Counted from the first letter of the stretch, positions 14,073 to 27,553 are shown. The stretch is 64,000 nucleotides of DNA from Octopus vulgaris (GCA_951406725.2 OX597814.1:10230001-10294000); one strand, 5' to 3'. Translations and numbers: made by a program. Notes: generated from the letters alone by a model not told the origin.

Positions 14073-16110
14073 TGTGTGTGTGTGTGTGTATGTATATATG
14101 TATGTCATTATTCTGTTTATTTCAAGATTTCTTGCCAATAGAGAAAGAACCGGTTTCTAACCTGAATCCAAGTCCTCTTCAGTGGAATTATCATCATCAA
14201 CAACAGGGTCTTTTTGTTTGTTTGTTTGTTTGTATGTATGTATGTATGTATATGAATATCTTTTATGTTATATCGTTTAATTATTTCAGTTATTTGACTT
14301 TGCTCCTGATCGGGCTCCGACTTGAAGGGTTTTATTCGAACTAATCAACCCTAGGCCTTCTTTTTTAAGCATATTACTTAATTTATCAAATTTTTTTGCC
14401 GAACCTCTAATTACGGAGGAGTAAACACATCAACACCGCTTGCCTAGCTGTGGTGGGTGGAGAAACTTTGATACAAAGACGCACAGACACACACACACAC
14501 ACACACACACACAACACACACACACCCACAAACATACACACACACATCTATAAATTCACAATTTGTATGTGCGGTGTGCCTCTGTGTGTATCAGTGAATG
14601 TTTGTGCGTGCATGTGTGTATGTGTGTGTGTGTGCATGTGTGTATGTGTATGTGTGTGCGTGTGTGTGTCCGTATGTGTGTGTGTGTCAAAGAGCGTGTA
14701 AATCGTATTCATATACAAACATGACGGCTGCAAATGGATTTCGTGCAATGCTCGACGACCGTCGATCAGGTTCAATCTGCTCATCAGGATTCCGTGCTGG
14801 AGAAGACTGGGCGTGAAGATAGAGCGAATGGCAAGTGGGAGCATCGGTGGACCAAAAATTAAGATGTTTACTCTTTCGGGTTTTACCTGCACGTTGTAGA
14901 GTAATAATCGCATGTTCAAGACGGAGGCTGCGAGGATCTCTGCAACGTAATTGACGTTCACGATCTCTGACTTGGACAAAATAATTCGGAGGACGATCCT
15001 CGACAGAGTGAAAATCACTGATAGCAGTTCGTGGCAGACAGTCTCTGCAGACTCACCGATCGTCGTATCGCACAGCTGCCAGACATTGAAAGAAGCCGTG
15101 ACGCTGCAGGCAGGGCCGTCCACCTCGAAAGTAAAGAAAATGGGGTCCAGTGAATTGCCTTGTTAGACGTCAGTCGGAGATTAATTCGACCTTATTCGCA
15201 TTGAAGAGTATGCCTCTGATCGGAGTTTAGAGGCGTTTACTAATTTCTGTTATTAAACTGGGTTATACAGGATGATGATATACCTGATTAACTGTGAAAG
15301 CCATATAGGATTAAATGTAAGCTCTTTGAAAAGCCCGGGCCATACCACACCCGGACTATGAGATACAAACTCTGCTTGGTTTAGAGGGCAAGAATCTCAA
15401 AGAATTCGTTTGATCCGTGGGTCTTTTTAAATTCTAGAAGTGGGGTACTTCGGTCGGTGCCCTTATGAGAGAAAATTCATGCTGGAGACAAAGACGTCAC
15501 CGCTTGCTTACTAGTGAAGAGAAATCGTACATAAAATGCCTCTTTTCGGACACAACTGGAACGCTTCAGAGGAAGATAAGTCCATCTTACCCAGAAGGGG
15601 TTTTCTTTTCGAAGAATTTAGCTTCAGTGGTTTTATTCACAACCATGCCAACCAAGACTCCATTCTTACTTCAATTAGTAAAAAGACAATGTACTTACGG
15701 CTAGCAGGTTTGATGAGACGCCTATATTGCTAAGAGCAATAATAGATGTGAAATCAATGGCAACTTTCTGACCGGCCATATCCACCGACTTCATAAAACA
15801 TTACTACTCAAAAGACAAAAGATATAAAAAAAATTAGTGTGCCTTTCCGGATATATGAAGAACTGGCCGATTATATACATGCATACACACATACATAAAT
15901 ACATATATAAATACACATACACACATATTTATATATATACATAAATACATATACACACACATACACACACATATATATACACACACACACATATATATAT
16001 ATATACCGGAGTAAACACATAAATGTGAAACAAGGTGGAAAAAAGAGTACTCAAATACCAGTGGTAGAGTAATATGCTTTATTTAAATATGCTTTTTTTT
16101 CTAGCAAAAA

Positions 16111-16148
16111 CTGTCTGATGAACGGCAACGAGAAACTCAGAATAACAG
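16111..16148 (+). ncRNA. Degenerate minimal hammerhead in a ~175-bp insert (16006-16182)
   Basis: ctgt-CTGATGA-acggcaacga-GAAA-ctcagaa-TA-acag; stems II and III carry mismatches. Confidence 0.55.
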
Positions 16149-16180
16149 ATTTTGTTGAATTTTCTGCTGCTTTAAATAAA

Positions 16181-16317
<137 letters not shown>

Positions 16318-16943
16318 GATTTATATACTCGCACATATGGACAGAAATACACTGAGAAACGTAAACAAACCAATTCTCTTCGGAAACTCATAACTACTCA
16401 CTGAAACCAATATTTTCAAAATATGTTAACTTCGCATTTCTTCATTCTATTTCTATATGTCAGTGCATGTGTTTGAACACCATCATTTCCGAGACATTCG
16501 ATTCTATAGACATATTACTATCATTGTGTAGTGAAGAATTTCTCTCTTTGAAACATTCCTCTCTATCAGTTTCAATTTCTAATTCAACAAGTCTAAGTTT
16601 TAAGATTGGCGATTTAATACAAACTAATCTTCTTTCAGGATTATTGTTGGCCGTTTTGAGTACAATAATAAGAAAATTTTCCAGACATATTTATTCTTCT
16701 TATTACTGATTTTACTTGATATTGTTATGATTCGTATTCCAAACAGAAACAATGCTGACCATCAAACACTTTCTTCTATATATGTTAAACAGAACAGTCG
16801 TCATCACTATGGTCAAGTGTCTGGAGTGTAACGCAACACCGTGTCAAATGAGTGGCAGCACTTCTTTTCGACAAATCAGCCATCACTATCTCAGTCACTT
16901 CTTTTGCATTCTCTGTCTCTGTCTAACTTTCTCTGTCTGTCTT

Positions 16944-17325
16944 TCTCTTTAACTTGTTTCAGTCATTTGACTGCGGCCATGCCGGAGCACCGCCTTTAAT
17001 CGAGCAACTCGACCCAAGAACTTATTCTTTTGTAAGCCCAGTACTTATTCTATCGGTCTCTTTTGCCGAACCGCTAAGTAACGGGGACATAAACACACCA
17101 GCATCGGTTGTCAAGCAATACTAGGGGGACAAACACATTTATATATACATATATACGACAGGCTTCTTTCAGTTTCCGTCTACCAAACCCACTCACAAGG
17201 CATTGGTCGGCCCGAGGCTATAGCAGAAGACACTTGCCCAAGATGCCACGCAGTGGGACTGAACCCGGAACCATGTGGTTGGTTAGCAAGCTACTTACCA
17301 CACAGCCACTCCTGCGCCCTGCGCC
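16944..17325 (-). mobile_element. SINE family A, full length (tRNA-like head, CORE-like segment)
   Basis: Head GGCGCAGGAGTGGCTGTGTGG (A-box-like) ... GGTTCAGTCC (B-box-like), then CTTGGGCAAGTGTCTT; many near-identical copies in the window. Confidence 0.9.
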
Positions 17326-17356
<31 letters not shown>

Positions 17357-17368
17357 CATCTATATTTT

Positions 17369-17427
<59 letters not shown>

Positions 17428-17532
17428 GCATCTATATTTTGGATATATTCGGGATACTTAATTGTGCACATGACTTAGTGTTTGCTTCTTCCGTGGGTAT
17501 AAGTAAATACTTCACTTATTTCTTTGTCGCAT

Positions 17533-17593
17533 TTATCACTGATGAAGAGAAGGTTCTTATGAACTAACTCTGAAATCGGATCCGATATGGTAA
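17533..17593 (+). ncRNA. Type-I hammerhead ribozyme, apparently intact
   Basis: Stem I ttatca/tggtaa; core CTGATGA; stem II agag..ggttc-ttat-gaact..ctct; GAAA; palindromic stem III tcggatccga; AUA triplet with predicted cleavage after 17587. Confidence 0.8.
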
Positions 17594-17728
17594 TAACGGG
17601 ATTTTTTAGAAATTTCTATCGGCTCTCTTCGAAACGCGTGCTTGTAGTGATAAATTATATGGTTATTGACGTTGTGTCTATTTTCGGCATATTTTGGCAT
17701 TAGAAATGTTTTTCTTTTGCCCTTACTT

Positions 17729-17778
<50 letters not shown>

Positions 17779-17780
<2 letters not shown>

Positions 17781-18160
17781 CACAGGAGTAGTTGTTTGGT
17801 AAGTGGCTTGCTTACCAACCACATAGTTCCGAGTTCAGTCACACTGATGGCACCTTCGGCAAGTGACTTCTACTATAGCCTCGGGCCGACCAAAGCCTTA
17901 TGAATGGATTTGGTAGAAGGAAAATGAAAGAAGCCCGTATATATTTGCTATTTGTGTCTGTGTTTGTCCTTCTACCATCACTTTACAACCGATGTTGGTG
18001 TATTTGCGTTACCGTTACTTAGCCGTTCAGCAAAAAAGGCCCCGATAGAATAAGTACTATGCTTCTAAAGAGTAAATCCTGGTTCCGATTTGTTTGACTA
18101 AAGGTGGTGCTCCAGCATGGCCGCAGTCAAATGACTAAAGCAAGTAAAAGAATAAAAGAA
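17779..18160 (+). mobile_element. SINE family A, full length, diverged
   Basis: Aligns by eye to the copies at 29295 and 55001. Confidence 0.85.
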
Positions 18161-18290
18161 TACACTCACGTATGCACACACACACGCACGTACACACAGA
18201 TACACACACACACATAGAAACATATATATATATACACACACGTTAGCTGTTGGCGATTCCTTTCCCATCTGTAAAGTTTTCCTTTTCTGC

Positions 18291-18323
18291 TTTCTGACGA
18301 AGAGCTTTGCTCGAAACATCAAA
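18291..18323 (+). ncRNA. Minimal hammerhead motif with a probable CpG-decay lesion
   Basis: ttt-CTGACGA-a-gagc-ttt-gctc-GAAA-ca-TC-aaa (GAAACGTC expected); downstream sequence resembles the 29118-29270 insert. Confidence 0.65.
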
Positions 18324-18420
18324 CACTCTCTTTTGACCGAGCGACAAGCTAATATATTCCTTGTGCACGTTCCAAGTTCGCTCTATGCTTTTGTTCTTTT
18401 ATATGTTTATTTGAATTGAC

Positions 18421-18511
<91 letters not shown>

Positions 18512-18656
18512 GTCGGATTTGGCTTAAAGTTGCATAAGCTCGGTTTGTCGAATGGAGAGATGTCTTGGAGATCTAATATGGCTACCGGAAACTGGGCTTC
18601 TACAAGTCAAGGCGGATCATGTAGTAACATTAGAAGCAAGATCGACATTCTAACAC

Positions 18657-18953
18657 CAGATGCATTTAAAGAAGATTTTTTTAGATTGCGAATCTGGACA
18701 CGAAGCTGGCAGTGCCTTGCTGTCTGGCTGGTTTTTGAAGGACCTTACAGGACATCAGATACATGTCCGGTGGGAGTGTGTGCCTGCAGTATAAGCGGTA
18801 TAAACACACCTGGTATACAACTCAATCTCAATACATACAAGCACCTGCACCTGATTTTCTGCAAGTTCATTCAAAGACCGGCCAGACAGCAAGGCACCAA
18901 AAGCTTCCCGTCCAGACACGCGGTTCTAGAAATTCTCCTTTTTAATGCATCTG
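18657..18953. repeat. Diverged inverted repeat (arms ~110 bp, spacer ~76 bp)
   Basis: 18712-18739 matches the reverse complement of 18870-18897 at 26/28, and similarity extends over 18657-18766 versus 18843-18953. Confidence 0.9.
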
Positions 18954-19284
18954 ATGGTAACAGATATTCGTCTGATATACTAGAAAAAAATCTCATTCTA
19001 ATGAAACACTATTGTCTTCAGCAAGATAGTATACATTGGATTATATATTCTTAGTTCCTGAATGGTTATGTATAACACATCTTTGCTTAAGATTTCGCTT
19101 AGTCAAGGATGGTTTTATGCAAAGCATCAACAAGAATTACAGTGAAAATAACTGCTGCCATCTAGTTGACTATATCTGTTTACCCCAAAATATATCGCAC
19201 TAAGTGTCGTAGAAGCATAAATATCTCATGTTTTTAACCGTATCTTTTATATTATTTCTTTTTGTTTTTGTTATTTTCATACAG

Positions 19285-19394
19285 GGAAGGAATGGAGAAC
19301 CTTCTACCGCAGTACATCTACGCCAAGTCTCCCGTAAGAACAGTTGACAGTGAGTACAGCAAGAGCATTCAGAAGGATTTTGCCCTGTTCGCTG
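19285..19394 (+). CDS. Tbx20: Internal coding exon of a Tbx20/H15-midline-like T-box transcription factor, just after the T-box
   Basis: Long T-rich tract then CATACAG| acceptor. Phase 2 to phase 1 exon encoding (R)EGMENLLPQYIYAKSPVRTVDSEYSKSIQKDFALFA, which resembles vertebrate TBX20 (R)ESVESLIQKHSYARSPIRTY (recalled from memory; needs BLAST). Donor CTG|GTTAGA is phase-compatible with the exon at 60954. Confidence 0.8.
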
Positions 19395-20340
19395 GTTAGA
19401 AGCTTATAATATTTTCTTTTCACTCACATATTAACAAATCTAGCTAATCAAGATATTGATACTACGTGACATTTTTAGCCTTGCTTATAACAATTTGCTT
19501 TTCTTTTATTAATTTGCATGATATATTTCTGGACAAATGCTTTGTTACCATTTTAAGCTCTATATTTTTGTGTTTTGCTCTCTTTGTATAATATTTCACC
19601 AGGAAAAACCCACAAAATATGACTGTTTTATGTAAGTTTTAGATGATTGCGTAGATAAGGTACTCCTGGAATAGCTGAGAAGGTCTAGGGTTTATACGTT
19701 CAGCAAAAAAGAAACACTTTGTGAGGGTGAGAAGTTTGATGTTCGGGAAGACCGATTCATCGTAGCTTCGGTGTGAAGTTTTTATAAAATGCATGTGAAT
19801 GTATGTATTTACAAAATGTTACCGAACGTTTAGATTGGGCCTGGAATTTTAATTTAATAGCTCAGGTTTTCTCTTTTATCATTTTGCTAGTTGATGAAAA
19901 TCTGTTTGGAGAAGCACGCGGGGAGGAGTAAGTCGATTCGATTTTAACACAGTTAGAAATCAATATTGAACGAACAAAAATTTTGTGGTACTTTGTTCCA
20001 TCTTGAACCACATTTATGACATGTCGACCACGTATCTTCATTGCAAAGATAAAAGAAGTATCACGGAGAGGATTGCGGTTGATACGATCGACTAAGAGCT
20101 TTTAAAAACGGTGCCCTACTATTACTACACACTAAGGGATACAGTTAGTGGAATAATAGTTTGATAGCCGGTATTTGATTTGAAATGGTAAGTGTAGGGA
20201 ATATATTTAAGGTACAGTACTTAGTAGATATTTATTTTGGGTAAATAGCGATGTAGCGGATAATTATATCAATTCTGAGTGAGATTCGGCAATCTGAAAT
20301 AGTGTAGAATTTGACTTGCATCAACCTCATACATAAACTT

Positions 20341-20590
20341 AAATCAGGAAATATTTTTACCATAAAAAATCATGTTACGTGTTCGCCAAAAAATTTAATC
20401 TTTCCCATTAAATGTAAAGGATAAAACGAATATTACAGGTGTCAAACAAAACTTACTATTAGAAATAGACTGACAATTCATCAACAACAAATACGAAACA
20501 CAGGACAAGACAGATCAAACTGAGGAGGCATATAGACACATGTGTAAAAATTAAGTTTCCCAAATCCCAAGTTTTCCCACTTTACCTTTA
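20341..20590 (+). mobile_element. Penelope-like element relic, GIY-YIG endonuclease region
   Basis: KSGNIFTIKNHVTCSPKNLIFPIKCKG*NEYYRCQTKLTIRNRLTIHQQQIR../RQIKLRRHIDTC matches the PLE pattern TCxSxNLIYxIxCxxCxxxYIGQT...RxxxHxxxI; it has a stop and a frameshift. Confidence 0.8.
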
Positions 20591-21662
20591 CTTGACCAAT
20601 ACCACGGATCAAACATGAATAAACAAAGAAAATATATTCATTTAAAGATACAAACCACAACTGAGTGAACTTTAATAAAGTACATTTACCAACAACTATT
20701 CACGCACAAAGATATTCTTCCACTTAACATTGTTGAATTTATACAAGCAGCAACCTTAAAATTGGACACATTCAGGACTTTTTCTCGCGTGATACTATCG
20801 GACAAATGTAATGGAAAGCAAAATTCTATGCCTACGCGCATACATACAAATCATATCCATTCAACCACTGGATATGGCACATTTACAAAGTCTCTATTTC
20901 TTAGACTCTCAATAGTCAAATGTAGTGAAGCATGACAACTTTAACTTTTCGATTACTTTTCTTGTCTAGATTTATGTACGACAAAATAAGTTCCAAAAAA
21001 TTCCAAGTCTTTCCACATTGATTCAGACAATACCACAATTCAAACACAAATATATAAAGAAAACCTATTTTACACAAAAGTATAAGCCACTACTGAAGTA
21101 ACATCAACAATCCACACAAATACTAAACCACGGACAATAAGCGGGAACTAACAAAAGTTAATAACTGCAAACAAAGAATTCTAACATTAAACTGAGAGAG
21201 CCTTGATTGATTGACACTCAACAGTGTCAGCCTTAACTTTCGGCGCAAAAAATATTGTCACACGACATTCACGTACTGACGTAGCGGGGAGCTTATAGAA
21301 TTTCTAAAACTAATCAGGTGATCATCATCTACTCATTAAATTGTACCCTAAACAGTTACTTATTTGAGCCTGGTGTTCTACAAATTAAGATAATTTTAGA
21401 ATTCCAGCCAGAAGAAAGATAATTACGGCATAGACCCATGTTTTTCTTTTTTTTCTTTTTTACTTTTAAAAGTTAGAAAAATATATTAAACTGGCTAAAC
21501 CATTCAAATTAGACCATCAAAAAGACTTGCAATGCATTTTTCAACGTCATGCATACATACATACATACGTACATACATACACACATATGTATGTATATAT
21601 GTATACACACACACATAGTATATACATATGCATATATATATGTATATATGTATATATATATA

Positions 21663-21901
21663 CTACCATCATAACCCGATTTCATTCGGGTCTACCCGGA
21701 CCACGTTTTAAAGATGAGGAATTTTGCCGTAGAGGAATTTTGCCTTTCAATTGAACAAACTCAAAGTTGTCATGCAACATCCCCAGGGCTTTTAGCATAG
21801 GTGTGCAAATTTTCAGCTCAATCCGCCCACATTTACTACCAAAAGCTTTTGTACAACTGCTTGTGAGACAACGTCTGCCCTTTTCACAAATATATAGTAG
21901 A
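21663..21901 (-). mobile_element. Short non-autonomous Helitron (~240 bp)
   Basis: Minus: A|TCTACTATATATTTG...ACCCGA-ATGAAA-TCGGGT hairpin-TATGATG-GTAG|T (CTAG variant), inside (AT)n. Confidence 0.7.
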
Positions 21902-22623
21902 TATATATATATATATATATATATATGTATCTATGCATATACTTACATGAATACATATGCGTGTGCGCGTGTGTGTGTATCTGTATATGGGTTTCTCTTG
22001 AAGAAAATACCGAGAGGAAATGGTCTAGGGGGAGATAGAAAGGCACAATGACAAAGGAGACCTAATATAAAATGTGTAATATACAATAATGACTGAATAA
22101 AATAATCTCTGAATAAATACGATTGCACGAAAGTTTAGGTCCGTTTTCTAAATCATGTGGCGTAAAACCGGAGGAGGGACGGAGGGTAAATGTAACAGAT
22201 TATTCGATAGAGAGCGATAGTTAGTGAGGAAGCAGAGCTCAAAGGTCAAGAGCCATTTATATTTGAAATAATATTAAAGAATATAGCATTTGGAAACTTA
22301 TAAGACAGTACATATAAATATAATGTAAGAAAGGATCGCGAGGTAGAGACAGAGAGTGTACAATATGAAGTGAGACATCGTTAGAGATACAAAAGAAAGT
22401 ATATGTATACATACATACAAACACACACACACATATGTGACCTCTGATTTTTTGAATCCATATTCTTTCTATACACATATATATATATATATATATACAT
22501 ACGCATACATACGCACATAAATATACATGTATGTATATCTACATATGTATGTGTGTGTGTATGGGTATGTCAGTGCGTGTGCGTATATATGTGTTCTTAA
22601 ATTATATGTGTATATATATATAT

Positions 22624-22679
<56 letters not shown>

Positions 22680-22937
22680 ATACATATACATGTATATATA
22701 AATATATATAGATTTATATAAACGCGTATATGTGTATATATGTATATATACATGTACATAAATACACACACACATACACATATATGTGTGTATACGCATA
22801 CATTATAAATCAGGCCGATGTTTTTTGCGATTAAATATATTTCCGCAGCATTTGACTGGGATTAAAGTCTTAATTTTTCTTTAGACTTGAAAGGGATTAC
22901 AATGGAAACCCCTTTTTCATAAAAAACAAAAACAGCA

Positions 22938-23012
<75 letters not shown>

Positions 23013-23509
23013 ATATATATATACATACACATATATACATATATATATGCATGCTCACACACATATATTGATGTACATATAGTATTTGTAAATGTATGCT
23101 ACTTTGTATTTATGTATTAAGTTGGTTGTTTGAATGGTAAGAAGAGAAACGGCATGATAGGGAGGTCCGTGTAAGCGTGAATAAGTGGTTGCCTTGTGTG
23201 TACGCTTGCTAGAGGGTATACATATGTAATCGCTAATTCATTAAAAAATACTATAATTTTCCTGTGTCCTTTGACTCAGAGAAGAGCTGGAAACACGTCG
23301 TAGTTGAACAAAAAACTATCAGATAAATATATGCATGTACGCTTGCACACACACACACATGCACACACGCACGCACGCGCACACACATACAGACACACTC
23401 ACTCACTCACGTACTCACTCACATGTAAGTATGTATGTATGAATGTATGTAGGTATGAATGCATGTATGCATGTATGTGAGTATGGTCTTACAAAATTTT
23501 CTTGTCTAT

Positions 23510-24659
23510 ATATAGGACCACCCTTGGTAGTAATTACAGCTTGAATTCCACGAGGTATGGACTCGTACAAAGTTTGAATTGTTTCCAAAGGAATTTTTAT
23601 CCATTCTTCAGCTAAAACAGTCTCCAGTTCTTGAGGATATCGACCCCGTACTTGTTTTTCTAAAATACATCCTGAATGTTCAATAATATTGAGATCTGGG
23701 GACCGAGGTGGCCAGATAAGATGTTCAACTTAAGATAAGATGTTCCTCGTGCCACTCAGTAACAACTTTAACTGTGTGAGTTGGTGCATTATGCTGAAAG
23801 TTTGCGTTTCCCTACGGAAACAGTTACGCAGCTATAGGATGAATTTGATCAGATAAAATGCTCAGTCTTGACTATTAATTCTGCCATGAAAGGTAACGAT
23901 TAGGCCGGCAGATTTTCAAGATATAGTACCCCAGATCATCACAGGCCCTCCTCCATGTTTTAAAGGTGGAAGAAGATAATCTGTGTCAAATGCTTCTTTT
24001 GGCTGTCTCCACACATATACTCGACCGGTGGTCGGAAATAAGGTAAAGGATGACTTGTCCGAGAAAATAACATTCTTCCACTGCTCTAGGGACCTGTTCC
24101 GTAACTTTTACTCCACTCTAAACGATTGGCAACGTTAGCTTTTGAAAGTAGTGGTTTTCTGATTGCAACCCTCCCGTGAATTCCGGCTTTGTCCAGCTCC
24201 CGGCGAACAGTTTTGTGGTCATTAAACTCTGTAGTAATTTTGGGAGCTGTACTTTTGTGATCCTTTCTAGCAATTCGCATAAGAGTCCGACGGTCCCTAT
24301 CTGAAATTTTTGGTTTTCTTCCGGGGATTTGTTTCGACGAGCAAATTTTTCCCTCTTTCTTAAAGGTTGTCATTACTATCGAGACAGTACTTCTTGATAC
24401 ACCATACATTTCGGCTGTTTTCGTTAAGCTAGCGCCTGCCATACGAGCACCAACAATTTGACCTCTTTGAAAGTCCGATAAATCTCTTATTTTAATGAAT
24501 TTTAATTATCCTTTTCTGATATCTAAAAAGAAACAGCAGTTTTAGAAAAACATATTAGGCAACACTAATAATAAATATAAAAAATATTAAAATAAGCAAG
24601 CTTTTGACGGTTTTATAGATAGTTCAAAATTATTATGGAATGATGCTAGGTCCAGCCCC

Positions 24660-24663
<4 letters not shown>
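23510..24663 (-). mobile_element. Tc1-family (DD34E-like) transposon, degraded
   Basis: ORF 24086-24442 has an HTH and GRKPK motif, then WKNVIFSDKSSF, KHGGGPVMIWG, NAPTHT and WPPRSPDLNIIEH with stops and frameshifts. One TIR-like end CACAGGGGCTGGAC is at ~24650-24663. Confidence 0.92.
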
Positions 24664-24711
<48 letters not shown>

Positions 24712-24722
24712 AGTATATAATA

Positions 24723-24758
<36 letters not shown>

Positions 24759-24826
24759 TGTATGTATGTATGTGTGTTTATAGGAAATGAAAGACAGAAG
24801 ATGGAATTTATGAGAATTTACTATTA

Positions 24827-24932
24827 ATCACGACAATTGTTTCGACACATCTAGCATCAATTACTCTTGGGTGGGACACTCAACAACTGGTTCAGGAGCA
24901 TCCGGCGGTGCAGATGTATCTCGCCGGGGGAT
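24827..24932 (-). ncRNA. Decayed hammerhead with long stem II
   Basis: Minus: atccc-CCGGCGA-gatacatctgca...tgctagatgtgtc-GAAA-caattg-TC-gtgat; the core is mutated and stem III is palindromic. Confidence 0.55.
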
Positions 24933-25547
24933 AAATAAATACAACTCGTTAAAATGACTGTTCCACAATGTAACTTCCTGTTTTGTAGAGAGAAAAACAG
25001 CCAGACGGAGGAAATATCTTCATTCATATAAATACGTGTGTGTGTTTGTGTATGTGGGTGCATATGTCTTTGTGTGTGTAAATTTCATAAATTTTTAACT
25101 ACTGAGACTTACACACAAACACCTGAAATTGAAAATACACACACACACACACCTACATAGTGAACCTAGATGCACATCATCTTTTGCTAGAAATTAAGAT
25201 GGATTAACACGTATGCAACCACTTTGATCATGCCTGCACAATCAGGACTAACCAAGGGTCAAACAGCTGCAGCAACAGCAACGACAACAACATAAAAAGC
25301 AATATTATTGAAGCAACAAAAGTATCCTTTCTTAGGCACATAGACTGACATTTTGGAGGAGGGACGTCAGTCGATTACATCGTCTTCGGTGCTCATTTGG
25401 CACTTATTTTCTCAAGCCAAGAAGGCTGAGAAGCAAAATCGTTTTCGTGGAATTCGAAATCGGAACGTAAATGCGTAAAAAATAGCAGTAAGCATTTTGT
25501 CCGGCCTGCAAACTACTCTGCCAACTCGCCTAGCGGTATTTCGTCTA

Positions 25548-25775
25548 GCGGCGAGCTGGCAGAAACGTTAGCGCGCCGGGCGAAATGCTTAACGGTATTT
25601 CGTCTGCCGCTACATTCTGAGTTCAAATTCCGCTGAGGTAGACTTTGCCTTTCATCTTTTCGGGGTCGATTAAATAAGTACCAGTTACACACTGGGGTCG
25701 ATATAGTCGACTTAATCCGTTTGTCTGTCCTTGTTTATCGTCTGTGTTTAGCCCCTTGTGGGTAGTAAAGAAATA
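25548..25775 (+). mobile_element. SINE family B with target-site duplication
   Basis: GCGGCGAGCTGGCAGAAACGTTAGC...GAGTTCAAATTCC...GGGTAGTAAAGAAATA, flanked by GGTATTTCGTCTA at 25535 and 25776. A degenerate minus-strand copy abuts at 25320-25530. Confidence 0.88.
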
Positions 25776-26297
25776 GGTATTTCGTCTAGCTCATGATTTC
25801 ATTATTTTCTGAGTCTAAAATCAGGATCAATTTCTTGCTTTCCCATCTGCTAACCCCTCTCCCTAAAATTGTTGGCATGGTGCCAAAATTCGAAGCAATT
25901 GTTATCATTGTTGTTGTGGCTTCTGAGTTGGGCACGAGACCAGCGAGTTTAGGGGAAAGGGGATTAATCAATACCCATTTCCGCTAAACTCCAAGAAGGG
26001 GTGGGAAGGAACATCTGATGTCGACGAGGCGTGAACTCAGTACATGAAGAGCGGAAACATCTACCGATATTGTCCGTCTAATATATAAGACTGACACAAA
26101 AAGGGAGTCGTCAGCGGCAGAGATTGGCCGACGGTCTCACGGTCTCAAAGACCAATTGATGGCTACCGACTTGGACGTGTGGGCGGTACGAGGAAGCGCA
26201 CACGATCCTACTACAATATCAAGAATATCGAAACAACTAAAGGAACCCAGCCAAAATCAATATAAAAAAAGAACAACGGTTAAATGCATCAACATCA

Positions 26298-26530
26298 AGG
26301 CGGTGAGCTGGCAGAAACGTTAGCACGACGGGCGAAATGCTTAGCGGTATTTCGTCTGCGTTACGTTGTGAGTTCAAATTCCGCCGAGGTCGACTTTGCC
26401 TTTCATCCTTTCGGGGTCGATAAATTAAGTACCAGTTACGCACTGGGGTCGATGTAATCGACTTAATACCTATGTCTGTCCTTGTTTGTCCCCTCTGTGT
26501 TTAGCCCCTTGTGGGTAATAAAGAAATAGG
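26298..26530 (+). mobile_element. SINE family B
   Basis: Near-identical to the 25548 copy; imperfect TSD TAAATGCATCAACA/TAAAATACATCAACA. Confidence 0.88.
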
Positions 26531-27205
26531 TAAAATACATCAACAGAGGAACAAAAACAACAACAACAACTAAACTATCATGAGTATAAACATACAAAGA
26601 TAATAAGTAAGAGCCTGTTAGATGTTCCACTTACGTAAATTAACAAGGCGTCTGGATGTCTATCAAGATATTCCGTGACCTAACACCGTATGTATGATTA
26701 GAACTTCAACATGTATGTATGAATGTGTTTGTTCATAGCTTCTTTCTTGACTACTGTTTACCGCCTTACACTCTGCACTCTGGCTGTTCCACTCTGAAAT
26801 TCTGAACCTAACGTTTCGTATAAGCCGTTCTCCCCGTATCATCGTCTGGACGGAGAGACCTCACACGATATAGCAACAAAATAGAACAACAAAATGACAC
26901 AAATCTGAAGCTTGCAAGAAAGACAAAAATTTCCTCGAATAAAAAAATATCAAACAAATGTATGTGAGTGTATGCATGCGCGCCTGTGTATATCTGTGTG
27001 TGTGTATGTGTGTGTTTGCATGCAGATGTGTATCTTTATAATTAATGTGCCTTCTCGTCTTTCCCTTTCTTTCATTCTTTCTTTTTTTCTATATCAGTGT
27101 ATGTATGTATATGTATATGAATGTATGTATTTATGTATAGCTGTATGTGTGTATCTATATATTTATATATGTGTGTATGTATGTTTGTGTGTATAAATAC
27201 ATACA

Positions 27206-27239
<34 letters not shown>

Positions 27240-27291
27240 CATATATATATGTATATATACAAACACATATCTATCTATCTGTCTATTTCTT

Positions 27292-27363
<72 letters not shown>

Positions 27364-27522
27364 GAATACCCATATATATACATATATATATACATACACA
27401 TATACATACATAAATATATATATATGTGTGCAAATATATTTATTCACACACACACACACATGTGTATATATGTGTGTGTCTGTTTGTGTGTGTATCTGTG
27501 TCTGTGTGTCTGTGTGTGTATG

Positions 27523-27553
<31 letters not shown>

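Noticed and set aside
16380-16760. Open frames on both strands
   Set aside because: No motif or splice support; unclassifiable by eye.
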